From assembly GCF_000175255.2 (NCBI RefSeq), contig NC_017183.1:1-32000 (forward strand): 32,000 nt of DNA. Reading direction: 5' to 3'. The translations under genes and the position numbers were made by a program. Source of the DNA: Zymomonas mobilis subsp. mobilis ATCC 10988 (lineage in GTDB: Bacteria; Pseudomonadota; Alphaproteobacteria; Sphingomonadales; Sphingomonadaceae). A model generated the notes under the pieces. That model saw only the letters and a program-made list of their open reading frames with translations, did no database searches and was not told the origin of the DNA. Below, piece after piece: positions 9,408 to 18,707 of the stretch (positions are counted from its first letter, which is position 1; the number at the start of each line of letters is the position of its first letter).

Positions 9408-10663
9408 GCAACTTGCCACAAGGATGGATTCAAACAACATTTGCTGACATTACAAATCAGCGATCGGGTAATAGTAAGCTCGTCAAAGGGAAGCTTGAAA
9501 GCCAAGAGAGCAATGGCCTTTACCCGGCTTTCAGCGCTAGCGGTCCAGATGTCTGGCGAGATGCTTTTGAATATGAAGGCGATGCCATCATTGTGTCCGC
9601 AGTCGGTGCGCGTTGCGGCAAGGCATTTCGCGCTAAAGGTCAGTGGAGCGCGATCGCAAACACGCACATTGTTTGGCCAGAGCCCCAAGTGGTTGAGACG
9701 GAATTTCTATTTCTACTCCTGAATGACGAAAACTTTTGGGAAAAGGGCGGATCGGCGCAGCCCTTTGTGAAGGTACGTGCTACTTTTGAGCGAACGATCA
9801 ACCTCCCCCCTCTGCCTGAACAACGGAGGATTGTGGCGAAGATCGACAGCCTCACCGGCAAATCCAGACGTGCACGCGACCATCTCGATCACATCCCCCG
9901 CCTCGTCGAGAAATACAAACAGGCCATCCTCTCCGCCGCCTTCAGGGCCGACTGGCCGCTCATATCGGTTGGCGAAACCATCCGGGCGGTTGTGGCTGGC
10001 AAAAACCTGCGCTGCGAGGAACGCCCACCTTTCGAACACGAAAGCGGTGTCGTGAAAGTCAGCGCTGTAAGTTGGGGAACTTTCGATGCACGAGCTAGCA
10101 AAACTCTTCCTGAAAGCTTCACGCCGCCCGAGAATACACGAATTAAGGCTGGGGATTTACTCATTTCGCGTGCAAACACACTGGAGCTTGTCGGCGCGGT
10201 GGTAATCGTGTTGGAATGCCCATCAAACTTATTTCTTAGCGATAAGGTGCTGCGACTGGACGTTGAGGATGGTGACAAGCCATGGCTGATGTGGTTCTTG
10301 CGCTCGCCTGATGGGCGTGCAGCTATAGAAGGTGCTGCGACCGGCAATCAACTCTCAATGCGCAACCTTAGTCAGGCCGCACTAAAGAGCATCTCGATGC
10401 CTTGGCCTGCCGCCGAGCAACGCGAAGAGATCGTTAGCCGCATCGAATCCGCATTTGCTTGGATCGAATGCCTCGCCGCCGATGCTGCTAGCGCCCGCAA
10501 GCTGATCGATCACCTCGACCAGTCCATGTTGGCCAAGGCCTTCAAAGGCGAGCTGGTGCCACAAGACCCGGCCGACGAACCCGCCAGTGCCTTGCTCGAT
10601 CGCATCCGGGCAGAACGTGCTGCCGCGCCAAAGGCCAAGCGTGGTCGCAGAAAGGTCGCCTGA
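9404..10663 (+). CDS. hsdS: type I R-M specificity subunit
   Basis: 419 aa with two variable halves. These are separated by the conserved spacer LPPLPEQRRIVAKIDSL and end with the matching WPAAEQREEIVSRIES region. ATGA overlap with hsdM. Confidence 0.9.
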   Translation: MSNLPQGWIQTTFADITNQRSGNSKLVKGKLESQESNGLYPAFSASGPDVWRDAFEYEGDAIIVSAVGARCGKAFRAKGQWSAIANTHIVWPEPQVVETEFLFLLLNDENFWEKGGSAQPFVKVRATFERTINLPPLPEQRRIVAKIDSLTGKSRRARDHLDHIPRLVEKYKQAILSAAFRADWPLISVGETIRAVVAGKNLRCEERPPFEHESGVVKVSAVSWGTFDARASKTLPESFTPPENTRIKAGDLLISRANTLELVGAVVIVLECPSNLFLSDKVLRLDVEDGDKPWLMWFLRSPDGRAAIEGAATGNQLSMRNLSQAALKSISMPWPAAEQREEIVSRIESAFAWIECLAADAASARKLIDHLDQSMLAKAFKGELVPQDPADEPASALLDRIRAERAAAPKAKRGRRKVA

Positions 10664-10666
10664 CCC

Positions 10667-11408
10667 ATGGTCATTCCATTGATGCTGCCTGTCTTGCTCC
10701 TTGCCGCTGTTGGCGAACAGCGCGTGGCCGATGCCGCAGAACGCATCGCCGATGAACTTGGTCTCACTCCCGATGAACGCGAAGAAATGCTGCCCAGCGG
10801 GCGGCAACGCCTGTTGCACAACCGCATCCATTGGGCAAAGTTCTATATGTCCAAAGCAGGGGCGTTTCATCGCGACCGAAGCGGGGCGGGCGCTGCTGGC
10901 ATCCAATCCTGCATGCATCAGTGTGAGCGACCTCAAGGACTATGAAGGCTTCTGCGAATTTTACAGTGGACAGAAATCTTCTGACGACGATGCCGGGTCT
11001 GTTGCCATTGCCCCGTCAGTCGAAACTGATACGCCATAGGAGCAGATTGAGACGGCCTATCAGGCTGTGCAATCGGCCCTTCGTGCGGAATTTCTGGAAC
11101 GCATCGTCCAGAACAGTCCGGCCTTTTTCGAGCAACTGATCGTCGATTTACTGATCGCTATGGGATATGGCGGATCGTACAAGAATGCAGTCACCCAGCT
11201 CGGCCGTTCTGGTGATGGCGGCGTGGATGGTGTCATCAACGAAGACAGGCTGGGGCTGGATCATGTTTATGTGCAGGCCAGGAGGTCTGTGGGTCGCCCC
11301 GATGCGCAGGCGTTCGTTGGTAGTCTGGTCGGGCATGCTGCTACCAAGGGCGTTTTCGTTACCCCTCCGCCTTCAGCAATCATGCCCAGGATTATGATAA
11401 ACACCTAA
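10667..11408 (+). pseudogene. mrr: Mrr-family type IV restriction endonuclease, decayed
   Basis: Mrr_N winged-helix sequence (DELGLTPDEREEMLPSGRQRLLHNRIHWAKFYMSKAG) is in frame 1 and continues in another frame (GRFIATEAGRALL). An in-frame TAG lies at 11037..11039 (TP*EQIETAY). The catalytic part reads GGVDGVINEDRLGLDHVYVQA. There is a further frameshift near 11360, and the last roughly 70 codons are lost at about 11405. Confidence 0.8.
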
Positions 11409-11580
11409 GGTGGCGCTTTTTATGCAGCCTTGCCCATTGGTAGCTTCCCTCGTTTTCCTGTTAAAATACTCCTTGTTTCTCAAAAGCTATGTCCTCTTTT
11501 TTTCGTTCTTCGGATTGTGTTTCATCTGGCTACGAGTAGGTACTTCTTAAAAAGAGGAAATGAGGAAAATTAGACAGGAA
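11406..11580. repeat. left copy of a long inverted repeat (partner at 30897..31170)
   Basis: By manual alignment, 11421..11500 is the reverse complement of 30975..31054 with 75 of 80 positions identical. Weaker similarity continues inward to about 11575 / 30897. An outer block at 11406..11426 matches 31153..31170. Confidence 0.85.
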
Positions 11581-11808
11581 TAGTCGTGGGAAGCTGCCGG
11601 TAAAAAGGTTCAACCATGCAATTTTGTTCGAGCTGAGAAAGATCAAATATAATATAAATGACCGTATCTATAATTATAAACGGTGTATGTTAAAAAAAGC
11701 CTTGATATCATTATCTCATTTCAGCTCAACAGAAAATCATAATAAAATTTTGTAAGTAAATACTAAATTTTTAGATTATCTATCTATATATTCTATAATT
11801 ATAATTTT

Positions 11809-14800
11809 TTAAGGTCTCATTTTTCTTCTAAGCTCGGTAAACTTAGGATCAGATTTTATACATTCAATATTACTGAGCTTATCGATTAATTCTCCTATTT
11901 TATATCCATAAAATATATCCTGTATATCAGATGGGATAATGACCTGAAGTAACTTAAAAATTTCTTTCGGAAATTTGAGTATGATTGTGTCATCCAAACG
12001 AGAAAAACAGTTAGCAATTTTCAAGCTATTTTTAATAATAGTTAATCGTGGTGAAATCAGTTGTACTATGTCCGGCATTTTATCATCTGCCAATAGCGCG
12101 ATTTCAATGAGTTCTTCAGATAAAGCTTGGGTTCGAGTTATAAGTTGACGTGGCCAGACTTTATTAAGAAATTCTATAACTTCTGTCCATTTTTGTTTTT
12201 CTTTTGCCCATATCTTGACAGAATTTATTATAGTAATGCGCCCTTTATCATCTGTTTTTATAAGAAAATCACGTAATTCTTCGTTATTAACTAGCCTGTC
12301 TCCTTCTTGATTTAATGATATCCATCCTCTAAATAGCAAGCGCATAACTATGCCATAATTTTTATGATTTTTCTGTGATACTAAATCGGTTAAAATTATT
12401 TTTAGACGAGCAAACAGATCATGGTTCCAGCTAGTATATTGACATGCTGATGAAATAAATGCCCTGGAGGATTCAGAATTAGGATTTTGCTCTATCTGTG
12501 AAATAATATGCTCATCAGTCCATTGCTTGTCGATAGAATAGATCCGGCCTAGCTTGGTGCCAAATATTGCCATAACACAACAAAGCGCATCATTCTTTGC
12601 TGATATTAGGCAATTAGCACGTGTGTGCCATTCCTCATCTATAGTCTTATTTAAGATTTCATCAATAAGTAATACTGTCATCTTACCTATAGGAGAGTTT
12701 ATCGATTTAAATAGCCAGTTTTCTTGTTTTTTATCTACAACTAGAGTTTCTGATTCTGCAAAAGAGATAAGGACAGATTTAACTATTCGTTCCCATAATT
12801 TTAAGTAGGATTTTTTTGCATCTATAGCCAATGCCCGACCATGTTGTTCCATCCATGATGCAATAGAATCAATGCTGGTATTGAATACTTCTTCTGATAA
12901 TGAGTAGATCCGTTCTACAATTAGTATCTTTAGTCTTAGTTTATCTGTACGGCGTGCTTCGTTACAGAGAAACTCTGACCAATATTGCCTACGGGTTTCT
13001 CCACGTTTCGCTGCATAAATTAAGGCAGCTAATGCCTTAACGGGGTATTCTTTTGATAATCCTTTAAAGGGGCGCCTTTCTATTAAAAAGTCAGGCGATT
13101 TTCTTGAAATATCATCAGATTTTTCTAGTATTTTATCAATAGGAATTCCAAATAGTTCTGTAATATCTGTGTCTGTAGCAACACAACCGCCGCGTGAACT
13201 TGATCTATAAGTATTATCTAGAGCATATTCCGGTGTCCATTCAGGGGTAATTTTACGCAGTTCTAGACGCTTTGTTTCTAAGTCGAAGCTGACCGTCAAT
13301 TTTTCTTTTTTAAGCCATTCAAGACGGTTAAGAATCTGACAGGTTCGATATTCTTTATATTGCTGGTCATCGATACCTTTATATCGTTTTGGACCGGATA
13401 AAATTTTATTTTCAATTTTTTCCCTTGTTTCTTCATCAAACTCGGACCATCGAGTATTAAGTGATACAAGCAAGTCATGCTGAATTTGGATATCCCAGAA
13501 CACATCATTCGATAAATTCAGAATTATGTCACTGGCCTCTTGTTGAGAGGTCAGTCCTGCTTGACCTGTTACCCAGACATATAAATTTCTAAAAATTTTA
13601 TCCTCTGAATCTGGCCATTTCCTCCATTCACAGCGCGCTGCCTCTGAATTATGCTCGTATAGCTGTTTTAATTCATTTGCGTAGTGTCTAATCAAAGAAG
13701 ATATATTTTCTTCCTCATTATCAGGAATGCTAGCTGGATCGTCATATTCAACGATAGGATGGAGTCTAGGATCAAAATAGCCTTGATTGTCAATCTCGAG
13801 ATCTTCGGCTGATTCTAGATAGCTGCGAATTACGCGTATATAACGAACTAAGAATTTTTTCGGGATTTTCATTTCAGTAGGATGATTTGGATAAATAACT
13901 TTTGCTGAGACGAGATCTTGATGATTTTTTGTATCATCTAGAGGTATTTTTCTTTTGCTTCCCACTGAAATGCGCGGTCGTTTTAGATTTTCAAATTCGC
14001 GCTGTAGCCAAGATGTCCAGCCTTCCTTTTTAGAAAAATAATATAGTTCCCAAAATTTTGAATTACAATTTTCATCCGATGAATCTGACTTAGATGACAA
14101 GAGTAAATGCCATGCCTGTCTGATAGGACTTTCCATATTTCCATCTATATTGTGAGTTATATTGTTAGTAAGTTCAGAGTGTAACCAGTTCTGGCGGCTA
14201 GCCCACCATACAGTGATATTTTGATTCACTACGCGGCCAATCCAGTACGCTAATGATTGTAGTCGTGCAGGAAGGTTGTTTCCTTTATTTCTGAGACTAA
14301 TAAACAAGTTCTGTTTGTTATTAGATGTTTCTTCAAATGCTGACCATACATTGGAAGGTATTAGATGTTTTTGTGAATTGTCCTCAGGAAGAGGTCGTGG
14401 ATCACTATCGAGGCAAAAGTTATTAAAGATCGCTAGGGGATCCAGTATTTCTTCAAATAAATCATGAAGATAATTTTGATTACTATATCGAATAAAAGGA
14501 TCAAAGACACATAGCCATTCCGCCGATGGGGGCGTTGCATGACCTGCAAATTTTTTCGCTCCAGAAGTTGATGACACGACATGGGCTACCTGTCCTCGTT
14601 CGTAAGGATCAAGCTCCCTAGGTTTTTTTAGTGCTTTGTCTGAAATGATAGATTTCTGCCACTCATGTGGATCATTCGCTCTCTCTCCCCACGCTTTCAG
14701 TGATTCCCACAGAGATGGGAAATCTTGATGAGAAATTGCAGTAACTCCCTTGTCCTGCCAGAGAGCGGAGGCTTCATCTTCCTTTCCTTGTTGAAAGGTA

Positions 14801-15537
14801 TACAGTCCTCTTGTTTTTGTTGATCCTTTCAAACCTTCAAGCAAATATTGAATCGGAGGATCATCTGCAGAATAACCAACGAAAACAATCTTATATCTTT
14901 CTACGAGAGTCTTCATGAAAGCTGTTGCCCATCCATCAGAGAGATAGGCGCGTCCAAAGTCGGCGGATGAGAGTATAAACTCCTTTGACGCTGCGTCTGA
15001 GTAGTCAGGATTGACCATACCATGCAAATGGATAATCCCTTCCCATTCATCTCTTCTGGGATCTGGCAAATCGGGGGGTGAAATTTCGGGGATATCTGGT
15101 GCAGCAAGCTGGAATAATCGATCAAAATTTGTTGTAATAAGCCGATGTCGTCCATTCGGCATTTTGGAAAGATTAAATAAAGATTTATGAGGATCAAGGC
15201 CAGGATTAGAGTTTGGTTTTACTGCCTGTGAAACATCTGATCGTATATCTTCTACCGCAAATTCTTGTTCTAATAATGCAAAAATTCTATCAGCGGGAGG
15301 TATACCTCCAACGCCGGGTGGGGTTTCTATCTTATCAGAAATTTCTAAAAGCTGTCGAGCTGGACTCGAAGCCGATGATCCAAGAGAAGAGATAACTCGT
15401 TTTGCTAGCTCAGGAAAGCTTAGCCCTCCTGCCTCTTGCATCGATATCCCAGCTCCACAGAAGAATAAAACTTCTCCTTCATCTCGCGCATAAAGAAGGT
15501 CATCTGGTATATCTGGGCCATCAGCAAAAAATCGCAT
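11809..15537 (-). CDS. large SIR2-domain protein, defence-associated sirtuin (DSR1/DSR2-like) candidate
   Basis: N-terminal SIR2_2-type motifs: FFCGAGIS, LITTNFDRLF, IIHLHGMV and VFVGYSADDPPIQYLL. About 1000 aa of helical sequence with no motif I recognise follows. Very AT-rich. The ORF track starts at TTG 15558; the ATG at 15537 (MRFFADGPD) is the more likely start. Confidence 0.8.
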   Translation of the reverse strand: MRFFADGPDIPDDLLYARDEGEVLFFCGAGISMQEAGGLSFPELAKRVISSLGSSASSPARQLLEISDKIETPPGVGGIPPADRIFALLEQEFAVEDIRSDVSQAVKPNSNPGLDPHKSLFNLSKMPNGRHRLITTNFDRLFQLAAPDIPEISPPDLPDPRRDEWEGIIHLHGMVNPDYSDAASKEFILSSADFGRAYLSDGWATAFMKTLVERYKIVFVGYSADDPPIQYLLEGLKGSTKTRGLYTFQQGKEDEASALWQDKGVTAISHQDFPSLWESLKAWGERANDPHEWQKSIISDKALKKPRELDPYERGQVAHVVSSTSGAKKFAGHATPPSAEWLCVFDPFIRYSNQNYLHDLFEEILDPLAIFNNFCLDSDPRPLPEDNSQKHLIPSNVWSAFEETSNNKQNLFISLRNKGNNLPARLQSLAYWIGRVVNQNITVWWASRQNWLHSELTNNITHNIDGNMESPIRQAWHLLLSSKSDSSDENCNSKFWELYYFSKKEGWTSWLQREFENLKRPRISVGSKRKIPLDDTKNHQDLVSAKVIYPNHPTEMKIPKKFLVRYIRVIRSYLESAEDLEIDNQGYFDPRLHPIVEYDDPASIPDNEEENISSLIRHYANELKQLYEHNSEAARCEWRKWPDSEDKIFRNLYVWVTGQAGLTSQQEASDIILNLSNDVFWDIQIQHDLLVSLNTRWSEFDEETREKIENKILSGPKRYKGIDDQQYKEYRTCQILNRLEWLKKEKLTVSFDLETKRLELRKITPEWTPEYALDNTYRSSSRGGCVATDTDITELFGIPIDKILEKSDDISRKSPDFLIERRPFKGLSKEYPVKALAALIYAAKRGETRRQYWSEFLCNEARRTDKLRLKILIVERIYSLSEEVFNTSIDSIASWMEQHGRALAIDAKKSYLKLWERIVKSVLISFAESETLVVDKKQENWLFKSINSPIGKMTVLLIDEILNKTIDEEWHTRANCLISAKNDALCCVMAIFGTKLGRIYSIDKQWTDEHIISQIEQNPNSESSRAFISSACQYTSWNHDLFARLKIILTDLVSQKNHKNYGIVMRLLFRGWISLNQEGDRLVNNEELRDFLIKTDDKGRITIINSVKIWAKEKQKWTEVIEFLNKVWPRQLITRTQALSEELIEIALLADDKMPDIVQLISPRLTIIKNSLKIANCFSRLDDTIILKFPKEIFKLLQVIIPSDIQDIFYGYKIGELIDKLSNIECIKSDPKFTELRRKMRP

Positions 15538-16166
15538 TCTAGATGTTAGCCTAAACAATAAGATTAAAATACATTTTAGTTTAATATTGAATAACTAAAT
15601 ATTTTTAATTGCATATAGATTTATCATCGTAAATTCAGGAAGGCTGTTAACCAGTCTACAAGTTTTTATAGAAAAAAATTATAAAATTTAAGTGAGGTAG
15701 AAGATAGCAATATATCTGGTACGTCCACGAACGAAGCGTGATCTATCTGCTCTTTCTGGATTGAAGCAGTTTTCCTCCATTGCAAGCCGTATGATCTGCT
15801 GCATAGGATATAAAGCGATCTTCTGGAGTTATGGAAATAACACAAAATGGAGACATCTTCGTGTTGCAGTGGAGGTTTGTTGGTGATCGAGATGTCTCTC
15901 ATGAACGCATCTGATCTATATAACTCTCTACATATTCCTGCGAAACAGTGCGATATGCTAGCCACCTGCCAACGATGAGCAGCTTATCGGTTGAGGTATC
16001 TAGCCAAAAATCCTAGGATCTAGATCAAGCAGTAGCGCGCTGTAGCCACTCGATATAAAAAATTGCGACATCATTTCTGGCTTTTATCCATTTTTTTCCA
16101 ACCATTTATTCCGTTTCAATTACCATATGGCTTAACTGACGAGGCGTCATCAGATCTGTTGTTTTT

Positions 16167-16184
16167 GTATCTTATTTAAGATAC
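16167..16184. promoter_or_regulatory. inverted repeat upstream of dinJ (candidate TA operator)
   Basis: gtatctt-attt-aagatac, with 7-bp perfect arms, lies 28 nt upstream of the antitoxin ATG. DinJ/RelB antitoxins classically autoregulate through such palindromes. Confidence 0.4.
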
Positions 16185-16211
16185 AATCTCAATCAAGATA
16201 GGAGTCCTCTC

Positions 16212-16490
16212 ATGCCTACAGCAAAAACAATGATACATATTCGGGTCGCAGGTGACCTGAAAGAACAGGTAAGCACTACCCTTGCCTCTATGGGCTTATC
16301 TGTTTCCGAAGCTGTTCGTTTATTCCTACATCGTGTCGTAGCAGAACAAAAATTCCCTTTCGAACTACGTGTCCCGAATGCAGAAACCCGGCTGGCAATG
16401 TCTGAAGCTGATGAAATTATTAAAAGCCACCAAAGTCGTTTTTCTAATTCCAAAGAGTTGATCGATGGCCTTGAAGCGCACAGCAAATAG
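16212..16490 (+). CDS. dinJ: RelB/DinJ-family antitoxin
   Basis: 92 aa. IHIRVAGDLKEQVSTTLASMGLSVSEAVRLFLHRVVAEQKFPFELRVPN parallels E. coli DinJ (VRARIDEDLKNQAADVLAGMGLTISDLVRITLTKVAREKALPFDLREPN). Confidence 0.85.
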   Translation: MPTAKTMIHIRVAGDLKEQVSTTLASMGLSVSEAVRLFLHRVVAEQKFPFELRVPNAETRLAMSEADEIIKSHQSRFSNSKELIDGLEAHSK

Positions 16491-16794
16491 TAAGCGTGCT
16501 TCTCTACCGAGATCCTCCGATTATACCAAAACCTTCCTAAAGGACTGGAAGCGCTTATCACGATCAGGACGCTACGATCTTAATCGTCTAAAGTCAGTCA
16601 TGATGCTCCTGATTGAGAATGATGAACCCTTGTCCGCTGAATGGTTAGATCATCCTTTAAAGGGTGAAATGGCCGCCTATAGGGAATGTCATATAGGGGG
16701 TGACTTCCTGCTTATTTACAGAATAGACAACAGCCGTCAGCCCGAAATGGTGATCTTCGTACGGGCGGGAACACATTCAGAACTCCTAGAATAA
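16465..16794 (+). CDS. yafQ: YafQ-family mRNA interferase toxin
   Basis: Motifs DHPLKGEMAAYRECHIGGDFLLIYR and RAGTHSELL. The ORF overlaps the antitoxin 3' end. The true start may lie a few codons downstream of 16465. Confidence 0.8.
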   Translation: MALKRTANSKRASLPRSSDYTKTFLKDWKRLSRSGRYDLNRLKSVMMLLIENDEPLSAEWLDHPLKGEMAAYRECHIGGDFLLIYRIDNSRQPEMVIFVRAGTHSELLE

Positions 16795-16849
16795 AGGCTT
16801 ATTTCTTAAAATACGTATCGACGTATATAGCTAAATACGTATTTAAGTT
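16790..16849. repeat. TACGTA-palindrome repeat, copy 1 (yafQ | parA gap)
   Basis: aataaaggctt...aatacgtatcg, then the core acgtatatagctaaatacgt (16821..16840) and atttaagtt. It ends 15 nt before the parA RBS and ATG. Confidence 0.85.
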
Positions 16850-16864
16850 AAAAAGGATTGACGT

Positions 16865-17488
16865 ATGCACGTTATTACGTTTTTAAGTCAAAAGGGCGGT
16901 AGTGGTAAGACAACCCTTTCGGTTCACACGGCTGTGGCAGCAGAGGCTGTCGGCAAGAAAGTCTGCATCATTGATGCTGATCCTCAAGAGAGTGCAACAA
17001 CTTGGGGGATGTCTCGGGAAAAGCCGACACCTATCGTAGCTACGGCTCAAGCTAGTGATCTGGATGCCGCCCTTTCGGCAGCTGAGGCAGAAGGTATAGA
17101 CTTGGCTATCATTGATGCACCGCCTCATGCCGCTCCTACGGCTAGTCAGATCGCCCGTCGAAGTGATTTTATTCTAGTCCCTATTAGACCAAGCGCTTTT
17201 GACTTAGCGGCTGTGCCGGCAATTATGGATATTATTAGGGCATCGAAATCGAGAGGCGCTTTCATTCTGTCAGCCTGTCCTTTCCGTGCTCCAGAGATCG
17301 AAGAGACACGCCTTGCTTTAGAAAGCTATAATCTTCCTATTTTTCCATCCGAGATTGTTGACCGTCGCGCTTTTGCTCGCGCAGTCACCACTGGATGCGC
17401 AGTCACAGAATTTGAAAGCAATGGCAAAGCTGCTGAAGAGATCCATCATTTATGGACTTGGATTAATAATACGTTAGAACGTATATAG
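16865..17488 (+). CDS. parA: ParA-family partition ATPase (small, type Ib-like)
   Basis: 207 aa with deviant Walker A SQKGGSGKTT, IIDADPQ and IIDAPP motifs. Confidence 0.9.
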   Translation: MHVITFLSQKGGSGKTTLSVHTAVAAEAVGKKVCIIDADPQESATTWGMSREKPTPIVATAQASDLDAALSAAEAEGIDLAIIDAPPHAAPTASQIARRSDFILVPIRPSAFDLAAVPAIMDIIRASKSRGAFILSACPFRAPEIEETRLALESYNLPIFPSEIVDRRAFARAVTTGCAVTEFESNGKAAEEIHHLWTWINNTLERI

Positions 17489-17520
17489 CTATATACGTAT
17501 ATACTTAAATAAGGGCTTTT
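17468..17520. repeat. TACGTA-palindrome repeat, copy 2 (parA | RHH gene gap)
   Basis: Perfect 20-bp palindrome acgtatatag|ctatatacgt at 17479..17498. It overlaps the parA stop codon and is followed by taaataagggcttttt. Confidence 0.85.
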
Positions 17521-17524
17521 TGCT

Positions 17525-17815
17525 ATGGCCAAGAAACCAACCGGACTAGCTGCTTTTTCCCGCCCTAAAGCGGTTACTCATCTTTCGACAGATGAGCCCA
17601 CCTCTACCATCGAAAATCAAACAGCCTTTCCGATGCGCAAGAAAAGAGGATCAGGTGACACCGTTGCTTTAACGGTGAAAGTTCGCCGCACCGATTGGCA
17701 ACGATTACGTCAGCTGGCGGATGCAGAGGGAACAACAATTCAAGCTATGGCCGAGGCAGGCTTTTCTGCTATCCTCGCCCAACATGGTTTAGCGTCTCTT
17801 AAGACAAGAAAGTAA
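17525..17815 (+). CDS. small ribbon-helix-helix protein, ParG/omega-like centromere-binding partner of ParA
   Basis: 96 aa. A disordered N-terminus is followed by an RHH-like C-terminus (VALTVKVRRTDWQRLRQLADAEGTTIQAMAEAGFSAIL). Located immediately downstream of parA. Confidence 0.6.
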   Translation: MAKKPTGLAAFSRPKAVTHLSTDEPTSTIENQTAFPMRKKRGSGDTVALTVKVRRTDWQRLRQLADAEGTTIQAMAEAGFSAILAQHGLASLKTRK

Positions 17816-17822
17816 ACGTATC

Positions 17823-17872
17823 AACGCATATAGCTAAATACGTATTGAGCTATATGCGTAAATAAAGATTTT
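17823..17872. repeat. TACGTA-palindrome repeat, copy 3 (nested palindromes)
   Basis: acgcatatagct (17833..17844), aaatacgtattg, then agctatatgcgt (17857..17868). The outer 12-bp arms are perfect inverted repeats. The inner AATACGTATT is itself a palindrome. Confidence 0.85.
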
Positions 17873-17912
17873 TTATATACGAGATGTCAATATTCACAGT
17901 TCTTGTCTAACA

Positions 17913-18572
17913 TTGCGCATCTGTCTTACTCAGATGAAAAATTGGTTAGAGTCTCATCCTCGTCATATACCGATTTTTGTTATGATCGAAGCCAAGGTAC
18001 AACCTTTGCATTTAAAGCTTGCTAGTAACCCAGCTAAAACCCCAAATTTTTCAAAAATACCGCCCTTCACCGATGAAACTTATAACGAAATCGATCAAAC
18101 TATTGTGGATGTATTAGGTCGAAACAAAGTTATTATCCCCGATGATGTGAGAGGCGGCTATCCTAATTTGGAAGATGCAGTTTTTGCTGGAAATTGGCCA
18201 ACACTTGGCCAAGCACGTGGAAAATTTATCTTTTTCTTAACAACAGCGACAGGCCGTGACGGCGTCGCGGCATATCTGAATGGTCATCCGGGGCTTAAAG
18301 GGCGAATGGCATTTATGGATTCCGAACCTGGAAAACCTTATGCCGCTTTTGTTCTTGAAGATAATGCCTTAACCCAGGGAAATATTATTCGGAATGATGT
18401 CAAAAAAGGATATATTGTCCGAACCAGAGCCGATATTGATACCTACGAAGCTAAAAAGAATGATCTAACAAGGGGGAAGGCTGCATTTGATTTTAGCGCT
18501 AAAGCGGCTGGCAACGCGGTATGTCGGAAAACCTCTGAGCACAATAAAGGTGCTCGGATTATTTCTCACTAA
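17913..18572 (+). pseudogene. fragment of a Ca2+-dependent PI-specific phospholipase C (PI-PLC-C1-like) gene
   Basis: The sequence starts mid-domain (WLESHPRHIPIFVMIE, NWPTLGQARGKFIFFL, GYIVRTRADIDTYEAKKNDLTR). The N-terminal catalytic half is absent and the expected C-terminal SGAQ..TDY end is replaced. The only available start is a TTG. Confidence 0.6.
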
Positions 18573-18707
18573 GAAGCGAAAAAATAAATATAGCGTTATA
18601 ATATAACTTTAAATATTAAATGTGATTCCCTGTGAGAAATAATATAATGTATTTTTTAAATGTAAAAAAAGTAATTTTAAAATAGATATTCATTTATTAA
18701 GTATTTT

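Noticed and set aside
5121-10936. Numerous antisense or out-of-frame ORFs within hsdR, hsdM, hsdS and mrr (for example 6447..6863, 8519..8956, 9041..9688, 10382..10936)
   Set aside because: They lie entirely inside well-supported genes in this GC-richer region, where long spurious ORFs are expected. None shows a motif.
15666-15965. 99-aa minus-strand ORF upstream of the SIR2 gene as a partner protein
   Set aside because: It has no recognisable domain, an odd Cys/Ser/Ile/Leu-rich composition and no coupled start. It is kept only as a region worth transcript mapping.
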